Positions 1 through 7,731 of a stretch of 56,363 bases of DNA are shown in pieces. The notes under the pieces are model-generated. The model saw only the letters and a list, made by a program, of their open reading frames with translations, made no database searches and was not told where the DNA came from. The stretch comes from a virus. Lineage: Duplodnaviria > Caudoviricetes. Numbering within the stretch: the stretch's first letter is position 1; each line of letters starts with the position of its first letter. The stretch is from positions 1 through 56,363 of the IMG/VR virus record IMGVR_UViG_3300030329_004250; one strand, written 5' to 3'. Both the position numbers and the translations under genes were made by a program.

Positions 1-531
1 CCTGCCAACAATCCGCCTATAGCTGGTCTTGGTGTTGAAGTTTTGAATTTCAGCGCACCTGTCAATAACCCACCCATCGGCGCCTTGGGTATCGAGATTA
101 TAGGCAATACCACCAGTAGTGGGGGCGGTGGAGGTCGTGGGTTAAGAAATCATGTCGTAATCGGCACAGAAAGCGGAACAGAAAGAACAGTTTCGGGGTC
201 TGCCCCTAATTATGTAGTTTCATATGAACCTACTGGTCCTCCGTCAAGTTTAATTATTGGAGACTATGTTTATGTAGAAAAAAGGACTGCGGGTGCTGGC
301 ACTGGCAGCACGGTGCTTTCTACATATGTTTATGTAATTACAGCGGTATCATATGCTGGCGACGAGGGGTCGTCTGATGATATTACAATGAAGTACCTCT
401 ACGATACAGCCGAAACTGGTGACGATTCACCACTTGATTTACCTTCTGGCGGGGGTACTTCAGGCGATCCAGAACAGGCACCACACAAATTTGTGAAAAT
501 TCTAGGACCGGCATTCTCGATGTTTATGTAA
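1..531 (+). CDS. 5'-truncated putative virion protein with a 19-aa tandem repeat and Gly linker
   Basis: Frame 1 is open from base 1 (PANNPPIAGLGVEVLNFSA-PVNNPPIGALGIEIIGNT...), so the track ORF 43..531 is only the C-terminal part. Confidence 0.75.
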   Translation, partial: PANNPPIAGLGVEVLNFSAPVNNPPIGALGIEIIGNTTSSGGGGGRGLRNHVVIGTESGTERTVSGSAPNYVVSYEPTGPPSSLIIGDYVYVEKRTAGAGTGSTVLSTYVYVITAVSYAGDEGSSDDITMKYLYDTAETGDDSPLDLPSGGGTSGDPEQAPHKFVKILGPAFSMFM

Positions 532-540
532 GGATGACAG

Positions 541-693
541 ATGGAAGATATATATGAGTGCCAATGTCCTCAAGCGGGATATTGTGAGTTTTTTAAGCAG
601 GAAATGACTTATGATCCACCAAACTGGCAGTGGTGTCAAGGGGCTAGTAAGTCTGAACGAGATAAATATAACAACTACAGAAAATTGGTGTAA
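541..693 (+). CDS. 50-aa Cys-containing protein not in the ORF track
   Basis: Hand translation MEDIYECQCPQAGYCEFFKQEMTYDPPNWQWCQGASKSERDKYNNYRKLV*; AGGA upstream; fills the gap; shares CxCPxAGYCE with ORF 27634..28140. Confidence 0.75.
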   Translation: MEDIYECQCPQAGYCEFFKQEMTYDPPNWQWCQGASKSERDKYNNYRKLV

Positions 694-696
694 ATA
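687..696 (+). promoter_or_regulatory. candidate phage promoter motif GGTGTA(T/A)A, variant copy
   Basis: GGTGTAAATA about 35 nt before the ATG at 730; resembles copies at 4142 and 41384. Confidence 0.35.
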
Positions 697-729
697 CTAA
701 TGTAGACATACCTTTTAAAGGGTGAAGAT

Positions 730-1041
730 ATGGCGGCTAATGAAATACATTTAAACGATGTGGGAACACAGTTCAAGCTTACAATATCAGATGCTGGTAC
801 TGCGGTTGATGTGTCATCTGCCACAAAAACAATAAATTTTAGAAGACCTGACGGCACTTGTTACGCAAAAACCGCCACAAATTTTACTGATGGTACAGAC
901 GGTATAATATCATATATCACACAATCTGGTGATCTCGATACAACTGGCACATGGAAATTACAGGCTTTTGTGGACTTTGGGGCGACAGAATTTTATTCAG
1001 ATATCCACTCATTCCGAGTCCACAAGAATATATGCACTTAG
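730..1041 (+). CDS. BppU N-terminal-like (Ig-fold) virion protein
   Basis: Pattern D-x-G-T..L-x-I..G..VD....F-RRPDG ... DG-x-I-x-Y.....DLD..G-x-W-x-LQ resembles BppU_N-type small structural proteins. Confidence 0.6.
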   Translation: MAANEIHLNDVGTQFKLTISDAGTAVDVSSATKTINFRRPDGTCYAKTATNFTDGTDGIISYITQSGDLDTTGTWKLQAFVDFGATEFYSDIHSFRVHKNICT

Positions 1042-1050
1042 GAGATAAGT

Positions 1051-1554
1051 ATGGCTTGGCAAGATCAAATGTCAACAATAGTAAGATATGTCGTAAATGA
1101 TGTCGATAACTCAAATTATACATTTTCTGACGAAAGGGTAGAAACATCTATTTTAGTAGCTGCTCAATTAGTCAGTAACGAAATAGACTTTGTACAAACA
1201 TACACAATTGATGTAGAGGGTGGTACAATATCACCTGATCCAACCGTTACTGCTACCAAAGATAATGATTTCACGAATATCATCTCTTTAAGAGCGGGAT
1301 GTATAATACTGGGTAGTGAGTTAAAAACTCAAGGATTAAGTGCTGTGCGTGTCAGTGACGGTCCTTCCAGTATTGATATGAGTCGCACAATGGACGGTAT
1401 CAAAATCCTGTACGATGACGTGTGCAGACGATACGAAGAGGCTAAATTACAATACAAAGCTGACGGTGTTGTTGGCGAAGCAATTCTTTCACCATATGCA
1501 CCTGGGGCGGATGTGGTAAACCGGACTTATGATCACAGAGGATATTACTTATGA
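1051..1554 (+). CDS. putative head-tail adaptor/neck protein
   Basis: 167 aa, AGGAG SD; N-terminal VRYVVND...FSDE pattern and position upstream of tail genes. Confidence 0.45.
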   Translation: MAWQDQMSTIVRYVVNDVDNSNYTFSDERVETSILVAAQLVSNEIDFVQTYTIDVEGGTISPDPTVTATKDNDFTNIISLRAGCIILGSELKTQGLSAVRVSDGPSSIDMSRTMDGIKILYDDVCRRYEEAKLQYKADGVVGEAILSPYAPGADVVNRTYDHRGYYL

Positions 1555-1826
1555 GTTTTAAGACACAGACTGAACTTATTGCAGCTTCAACTGGATTATT
1601 TTACGATAATACAGTTGGTGCTATTACACCATCTGGTTTTCGTCAGATGCATGAAAATATTGCGGATTCTATGGTGCCCTACGATACATCTGGGGTATTT
1701 CAAGTAAAAGCAATTCCAACTGGTAGTGTTCCAACACCAACTCCAACTGGAGCTATGGTGTTTAATAGTGCGGCACTATTTGTTTTTGATGGAACTAACT
1801 GGCAAACTTTTTCTGCTGATACATAA
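1551..1826 (+). CDS. small putative virion protein
   Basis: ATGA overlap with previous gene; C-terminal GAMVFN..LFVFDGTNW resembles fibre/decoration modules. Confidence 0.6.
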   Translation: MSFKTQTELIAASTGLFYDNTVGAITPSGFRQMHENIADSMVPYDTSGVFQVKAIPTGSVPTPTPTGAMVFNSAALFVFDGTNWQTFSADT

Positions 1827-1837
1827 AGGGTAATAAA

Positions 1838-2044
1838 ATGGCTGACGTATTACAAAAAATAATAGAGGCTAGTGGGTATATTAATGGGGCGGCGATTGTT
1901 ACTGTCACACCATTACCAAATAGAGATAAAACCAGATTGCCACAAATTATTAATGATAATACTGGTATTGGTTCAATCAGTGGTGTTCTGGATACGAGAT
2001 TTGACGATCCTAGATATTACACAGGCGATAGCGGAGTTGGCTAA
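1838..2044 (+). CDS. hypothetical protein (structural module)
   Basis: 68 aa; tiles between neighbours; TAATG coupling to next gene. Confidence 0.6.
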   Translation: MADVLQKIIEASGYINGAAIVTVTPLPNRDKTRLPQIINDNTGIGSISGVLDTRFDDPRYYTGDSGVG

Positions 2045-2523
2045 TGGCTATTACTATACCATCTGATGTATTTGCAAAATACAAAGAATTTGCTGATGGC
2101 ATGATATCAAATTTTGGTATCACCTGTCAGCTTATATACACTGAGAAAATCGAAGAAATCTCAGAAAGTGTACCTAGACCAAAACAACGACGTTCCCTAA
2201 ATGTTAGAGATAGGGGCGATTCTGCTGGATTTGCTAGAGGTACTAAAAAGTATAAGACGGTAGAAAATACTGAAGACATTACTCTACGAGTATATTGGAA
2301 TAGAAAAGAATGGATCAAAATTGGTGAAATGGAAGTTCCTGATGGTTCAATCCAAACCATTGGTTATTTATCAGATTTACCTAAACTCAATAAGGCTAAG
2401 ACTTTACTAGTAAATAAAGACGCTCAGGGTTATGAGGAATACCGTTTCGTAAAAGCTGCGGAGCCATTTCCTTATGGTTTAAAGCAGGATAGATATGTTG
2501 TCTGTTTCTGGAGTAGATCATAA
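2044..2523 (+). CDS. putative head-closure/stopper protein
   Basis: 159 aa, beta-rich, in the adaptor-stopper-completion-terminator-tube position; function inferred from synteny. Confidence 0.45.
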   Translation: MAITIPSDVFAKYKEFADGMISNFGITCQLIYTEKIEEISESVPRPKQRRSLNVRDRGDSAGFARGTKKYKTVENTEDITLRVYWNRKEWIKIGEMEVPDGSIQTIGYLSDLPKLNKAKTLLVNKDAQGYEEYRFVKAAEPFPYGLKQDRYVVCFWSRS

Positions 2524-3176
2524 TGGCAGGTACTAGGTTAAGATTAGTTACTACACCTTCGCAGTTCGCTGCTACGGTACAGTTTCTAGTCGCACCTAAA
2601 GCTGATAAGATTCTGACGAAAGCAAAGCCCGCCATACAAAATCGTATATCTAATCTATTAAGGACCGCTATAGAAGGCAGTCCAACTATTCAGTCCTTAA
2701 AAGGTGGTGAATTACAAGTAGATTTTGGACTTACTGACGGAGCAGCAGATGCTGCGACTAGAGATATTGTAAATGCTGTAGTATCTGCCGTAAATGTATT
2801 TTTCCAAAAATCCAGACAGGGAAAAACTTTAGGAAATTTAGTTATCCAAATTGACCCCGCGATAGTTTCAACAGCCGTACAAACTTCTACAACTAATGGT
2901 ATATATAATAGTAACGGCAATCAAATTACTTGGTTAGACTGGCTAATGAACAAAGGTACTCAAGTAGTTATTGAGGGGTTTGAGGTTGTTTCAACTGCTA
3001 ATTACGACGAGAGATCAAGAAGTGGCGGCGGATTTATGTTGCCCACTGGTGGTGTTTTCCGTGTTGCTCCAGAATTTGCTGGTACTGCTGGTGATAATTT
3101 CATCACTAGAGCTATTATAGCCAACGGACCAAACATTAGAAAAATCATACAAGAAGAATTTAAGAGGTTATTCTAA
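2523..3176 (+). CDS. putative tail-completion/neck protein
   Basis: 217 aa; C-terminal GT-x-GDNFITRA resembles HK97-gp10-like termini; TAATG coupling. Confidence 0.45.
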   Translation: MAGTRLRLVTTPSQFAATVQFLVAPKADKILTKAKPAIQNRISNLLRTAIEGSPTIQSLKGGELQVDFGLTDGAADAATRDIVNAVVSAVNVFFQKSRQGKTLGNLVIQIDPAIVSTAVQTSTTNGIYNSNGNQITWLDWLMNKGTQVVIEGFEVVSTANYDERSRSGGGFMLPTGGVFRVAPEFAGTAGDNFITRAIIANGPNIRKIIQEEFKRLF

Positions 3177-4150
3177 TGCCGGATATAGATCTTAAAGGTT
3201 TTACAAAACTTGGTGATTCTACACTAGTAAACGACATCAAAGAAAATGTTATTTCTTTTTTTGATTGGGGTCTTCTAAAGAAGGACAACTATATCAATGT
3301 CAGTATCCCCTCTAGTGGTATTTACGGCGGGAACGAGCACCAATTACGCTTAGTAGACGACCCAAGATATACCGCAGGTCAAGTCTGGGAAGGCTTTAGA
3401 TCAAACTGGGTTTGGGAAAGTGGAATAACCGGCACTGATGGTGCGCCTCTCGTTGGTTCATCTGATGCAAACCCAGGTGTGTCAGGGGTTTACGTCGATA
3501 GCACTTTCTATCCGGTTACTACTACCGGTACTTACGCTCACCATGTGAACCACCCACAAGGTCGAGTTGTATTCGACACCGCAATTCCCACAACAAGCAC
3601 TGTAACTTGTGAGTATAGCTACAAATACGTCAATGTAACAGAATCAAATGGTTTACCGTGGTTTAAAGAATTACACAAAAGATCAGAGAGAGTGGATAAT
3701 TCCCAATTTACCACCACATCTGGTGACTGGTCGCAGCTTTCACAGAATAGATACCAATTACCTGCGATTGGGATAGAAGTCGCAAATACAAGGTCTGTAA
3801 GGGGTTATCAACTTGGCGGCGGTTCATCCTATGTTTACACGGATGTCCTATTCCACTGTGTAAGTGAAGACTCTTATATGCGTGATAGTTTGATGGATGC
3901 GGTCAGTTTACAAAACGATAAAGTGTTTACTATGTTTGATTTAAACGCAATTGCGGATGCAGATGCCTTCCCCCTTGACCATAGGGGTGTGCCAGCGTCA
4001 GGGGCGTTGCGTTTTCCAGATCTCACAACTGATTACAAATTTAAGGCTTTACGATTTTTAGACATGAAATTTGATTCGATCTACACCCTCAATCCTAATT
4101 TATTCGTTGGCACAGTAAAATGCACCACAGAATTAATTTTTGGTGTATAA
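3176..4150 (+). CDS. putative tail terminator-like protein
   Basis: 324 aa directly before the major tail gene; LPAIGIE...QLGG pattern. Confidence 0.4.
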   Translation: MPDIDLKGFTKLGDSTLVNDIKENVISFFDWGLLKKDNYINVSIPSSGIYGGNEHQLRLVDDPRYTAGQVWEGFRSNWVWESGITGTDGAPLVGSSDANPGVSGVYVDSTFYPVTTTGTYAHHVNHPQGRVVFDTAIPTTSTVTCEYSYKYVNVTESNGLPWFKELHKRSERVDNSQFTTTSGDWSQLSQNRYQLPAIGIEVANTRSVRGYQLGGGSSYVYTDVLFHCVSEDSYMRDSLMDAVSLQNDKVFTMFDLNAIADADAFPLDHRGVPASGALRFPDLTTDYKFKALRFLDMKFDSIYTLNPNLFVGTVKCTTELIFGV

Positions 4151-4151
4151 T
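4142..4151 (+). promoter_or_regulatory. candidate late promoter GGTGTATAAT
   Basis: Contains a perfect TATAAT about 40 nt before the major tail gene; motif recurs at 41384 (-) and 687. Confidence 0.5.
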
Positions 4152-4189
4152 ACAATAGAACATGTTCTTCTTTTAGCTGGAGATAAAAA

Positions 4190-5437
4190 ATGGCGGTAGT
4201 ACCAAATAGTAACACAAGAGTCTTTTATGCGACTCAAGCTGTAACGATTGGTGGTAGAGGCAACGTAGCCTCTCCACAAGATTCGTGGATCAGTGGCAAC
4301 TGTGATCAGACAGGTGCTGCTACAATTGTTCATGGTCTACAAAGTGTTGGTGTAGATACCAACTTTAACCTTGAACAGGCTTTCGAGCTTGGTCAGTTGT
4401 CACTCTATGAAAACATTGAAGATATTCCAGATATTTCTGTTAGTATGCAGAAATTTCTTGATGGGTATTCTTTACTTTACCATCTAGGTGCCAGTTTCAC
4501 TGAAGATGTTCATGCTTCAGACAATACTCAACTAGGAGTAACAAAAACAACACTTTCTGGTCGTGCCGATACTCGTGCAGATGTCCGCATGCTTGTAAAC
4601 GCCACAACAGAGGATGCTGTTACAAGTGGTGATTCTGGCGTTTCTGAACTTTATTGTTCTGGTATGTATCTGTCTTCTATATCATACACAATTCCAACTG
4701 ATGGCACCTGTACTGAAGATGTAACATTTGTTGGCAATAACAAAAAATGGATTGTTGATCCTGTGCTTGGTAGTGACAATGTGCTACTAGCTAATAATTC
4801 TGGTGTTGCTAGTGGTTTTGCTGCCATCTTTGGTAGTGACGAACCAAATGCACCTGGCAATCACGTTCTTCGTCGTGAAGATGTTGTAACCACAGCCAGT
4901 GGCGTTAAAGGTGGTGCTGGAATATATAGCACGGTTGTTCCAAGTATTATTGCTGGTGTTAGCGAAGGAGCTACAATTGGTACTAGAGAGACAGCAATGG
5001 CTGGTTTAGTTGATACTGATAATGTTCACCTTAACTCCTTTACTTGTTCAACAGATTTAGGTCGTGAACAGATTAACCAGTTGGGTACACGTACACCTTA
5101 CAACCGATATGTCACATTCCCAACTGAAGTTACATCAACAATTGAAGTTACAGCAACTGCTGGTGACAATGTTGATGCCGTCGAAACCGCTAGAACAAAT
5201 CTTAGTAATCACGAGATTTGTATGGTATTAAAAGATTCAACGATCCTTCACTTAGGTAAGAAGAACAAACTTGCTTCTATTACTTATGGTGGAGGTGACG
5301 CTGGTGGAGGAAATGCCACAATTACTTATAACTTCTCAAACTTTAATGATTTGGTTGTTCTACATAGTGGCGACCCAATCCGTGGAAGCAACACAGGAAC
5401 CACTGCGAGTGACTATTGGGGCGATAGATTCGTTTAA
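4190..5437 (+). CDS. putative major tail (tube) protein
   Basis: 415 aa, T/S/G-rich and beta-rich; two related halves (LEQAFELG / REQINQLG); GGAG SD; three genes lie between it and the tape measure. Confidence 0.65.
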   Translation: MAVVPNSNTRVFYATQAVTIGGRGNVASPQDSWISGNCDQTGAATIVHGLQSVGVDTNFNLEQAFELGQLSLYENIEDIPDISVSMQKFLDGYSLLYHLGASFTEDVHASDNTQLGVTKTTLSGRADTRADVRMLVNATTEDAVTSGDSGVSELYCSGMYLSSISYTIPTDGTCTEDVTFVGNNKKWIVDPVLGSDNVLLANNSGVASGFAAIFGSDEPNAPGNHVLRREDVVTTASGVKGGAGIYSTVVPSIIAGVSEGATIGTRETAMAGLVDTDNVHLNSFTCSTDLGREQINQLGTRTPYNRYVTFPTEVTSTIEVTATAGDNVDAVETARTNLSNHEICMVLKDSTILHLGKKNKLASITYGGGDAGGGNATITYNFSNFNDLVVLHSGDPIRGSNTGTTASDYWGDRFV

Positions 5438-5454
5438 TGAGTAGTTAGGATCTT

Positions 5455-6459
5455 ATGAAGGACTTAAATAAGATTTTATCCGGAAATATTCTCATTCAGA
5501 TGAGAGATAACTTACTTATTGTACGTCAGCCAAGTACCGAAGTCCGGTACTTGGCTGATTTTTTTAGTGAACAGGTTTATGAAGATGCGTTTAAGACTAA
5601 TATATACTTGCAGGAAGAACTAGAGGAATTAATAATTGAGAATGGTTGGTGGACTCAAGACGAAGAGGATGAACTAAAACAAATACCAAAAGATATTGAA
5701 CAAATGAAAGTAGATTATTTTAATAGTTTTTTGCGGGATAATGTCAAAGATCTAATAAAGAAAGGAATTAGGAAGAAGGAAGACGAGTTTGAAGATCTCA
5801 CAAAAGAAAAATACCGGTTCTTTAATTACACCTGTGAAAGCCTGAAAAGTCAGGCGTACACAATGTATATATTGGAACACTGCACTTTTTATGAAAACGG
5901 GGATAAAATATCTCTAGAGGATATTAGTATTCACGCACTTTATGGAAAATATAATGCGGAAATACTGGATGATAAAGATATACGGGAAGTTAGCAAAAGT
6001 CCAAACTGGCGGATGATATGGAATGCGGGCAAAGATTCGCGGGAAATATTTCCTTTACCCGCTTGTGACTTAACTGATATGCAAAAGAGTCTAGTCAGTT
6101 GGACACGTATGTATGATAGTGTTTACGAATCAATGGAAACACCATCCGATGGTATCATAGAAGATGATTACGCTATTGATGGATGGTTTACAGTACAAAG
6201 GAGGAAAAGAGATGATGACAGAAAAGAATCTCAAGGTGATAAGCTACCGGACTCTGCGGAAGTTTTTGTCCCAGTGTCAAACCAAAAAGAAGCACAGCGT
6301 GTGCATGATATGAATACACAACAAGGAAAACAAGTTATTAAATCCCGCATGAAGGATTTAGAAGAACAAGGTTCCTTGGAAGAAGGACAATTTAGTCATG
6401 TAAAACAGGATCTAGCCATGAAGGCGAACAAGCAAATGTTCGATAGGTACAAAAAATGA
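5455..6459 (+). CDS. hypothetical protein, possible tail assembly chaperone
   Basis: 334-aa charged helical ORF between tube and tape measure. Confidence 0.5.
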   Translation: MKDLNKILSGNILIQMRDNLLIVRQPSTEVRYLADFFSEQVYEDAFKTNIYLQEELEELIIENGWWTQDEEDELKQIPKDIEQMKVDYFNSFLRDNVKDLIKKGIRKKEDEFEDLTKEKYRFFNYTCESLKSQAYTMYILEHCTFYENGDKISLEDISIHALYGKYNAEILDDKDIREVSKSPNWRMIWNAGKDSREIFPLPACDLTDMQKSLVSWTRMYDSVYESMETPSDGIIEDDYAIDGWFTVQRRKRDDDRKESQGDKLPDSAEVFVPVSNQKEAQRVHDMNTQQGKQVIKSRMKDLEEQGSLEEGQFSHVKQDLAMKANKQMFDRYKK

Positions 6460-6767
6460 ATTCAAAGGACGATCTTTATAAGGAAAAATCTAAGGACAGA
6501 TTGGCTAAAAATTGTAAGAAAAAAGTACAGACCACCATGATTGGCGCACTAAGTAGTATCGAAGATCACTTAGGTTTTTTATGGGGTCACAAATCTGATG
6601 AGGCACTCTCAGAAGAACAAGAGAAGATGAGGCAGCTTTATGAGGAATTAAGATCGGAGATACTGGACAAAGGTAATACGCAAATGCGTAATATAGACGC
6701 TGAACTTACTCAATACGATATTAACTGGAATCGCTATCAGTACCAGATTCCAATTAAACCCCTCTGA
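6456..6767 (+). CDS. hypothetical protein
   Basis: 103 aa, ATGA overlap. Confidence 0.7.
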   Translation: MNSKDDLYKEKSKDRLAKNCKKKVQTTMIGALSSIEDHLGFLWGHKSDEALSEEQEKMRQLYEELRSEILDKGNTQMRNIDAELTQYDINWNRYQYQIPIKPL

Positions 6768-6778
6768 GGAGAATTACG

Positions 6779-7657
6779 ATGGAAGAAAAAAGAATCACTG
6801 TAAAAAAAGAAACCGGCGAAGGTAAAGACAAAGTTGTAACAGAAACTGATTTGATTATTACTAAGCCCACCAACAAGCAAATGCTGGAAGCTGAACGTGT
6901 CTATAAAGGCGCATTCAGAAAAGCCCTTGAACAAGGTGCAATGCTTCGCAAAAAACTTGGTAATTATATGACGGATCAGGGCATTTGGACTGATAAGCAG
7001 GAAGAAGAATATAACAAAGTTGTCAAAGAGATCAACCTACTAGACTACCAGCTAAACAAAGGTAGGGACGTAGATGGCAACAAGCTCAAGCTAAGTCAAG
7101 CCAAGGAAATGGCCTTTGAGTTGCAAGATAAAAGAATTGAATTCCGGGATTTGATTGCTGAAAGACAGGAGCTTGACCACATGACCGCAGAAGGTCAGGC
7201 AGATACTGAAAGATTCAGTTATCTCGTCTATCTTTGCACAAAAGATTTCCTGACGCAAAAACCTTATTACTCTTCTTATGAGGACTACCAAAATAGGGGC
7301 AATGAGCAGGAAGCTGTAGAAGCCGCCAAGACTGTAGGTGAAATTGTTTACGAAATAGATGAGGATTATGAAGGAACTTTGACGGAAAACAAGTTCCTCA
7401 AACGATTTAAGTTTGCTAATGACAAAAATCAATTAATTGATAAAGATGGAAACCGTATCGATAGAGAGGGTAATAAAGTTGATGAAGAAGGTTATATTCT
7501 AAACAAAGACGGTAAACGTGTTAATGTTAATGACCTTCCTGCTTTAGAAGATGATGAAAAAGTTGACAATGCTGACTTTGAGGACGATTTAGGTGTAGTA
7601 ATAACTGAGGAGAAAAAAGCGACTACCCGGAAGCGGACAGTTAAAAAGAAAGAGTGA
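6779..7657 (+). CDS. hypothetical protein, possible tail assembly chaperone
   Basis: 292 aa, GAGGAG SD; short (D/N)xxG beta-hairpin repeats (DKDGNRI-DREGNKV-DEEGYIL-NKDGKRV); directly before the tape measure. Confidence 0.55.
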   Translation: MEEKRITVKKETGEGKDKVVTETDLIITKPTNKQMLEAERVYKGAFRKALEQGAMLRKKLGNYMTDQGIWTDKQEEEYNKVVKEINLLDYQLNKGRDVDGNKLKLSQAKEMAFELQDKRIEFRDLIAERQELDHMTAEGQADTERFSYLVYLCTKDFLTQKPYYSSYEDYQNRGNEQEAVEAAKTVGEIVYEIDEDYEGTLTENKFLKRFKFANDKNQLIDKDGNRIDREGNKVDEEGYILNKDGKRVNVNDLPALEDDEKVDNADFEDDLGVVITEEKKATTRKRTVKKKE

Positions 7658-7663
7658 AACGGT

Positions 7664-7717
7664 GGGCGTGAATTCTTATGATGTTTTAACATCGTGGGTT
7701 TTCCACGCCCTTTTTTT
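7664..7717 (+). terminator. intrinsic terminator / long hairpin
   Basis: GGGCGTG...CACGCCC stem with inner CTTATGATGTT/AACATCGTGGG helix (G-U pairs) followed by T7. Confidence 0.7.
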
Positions 7718-7731
7718 ATTGGGAGTGAGAT

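Noticed and set aside
6575-6600. T-TTT-TTA slippery site for a tail-chaperone -1 frameshift
   Set aside because: The -1 frame reaches TGA within a few codons, so no extended product results.
3176-7657. Contractile tail sheath gene
   Set aside because: No ORF here has recognisable sheath features; it could lie outside the window, so morphology stays tentative.
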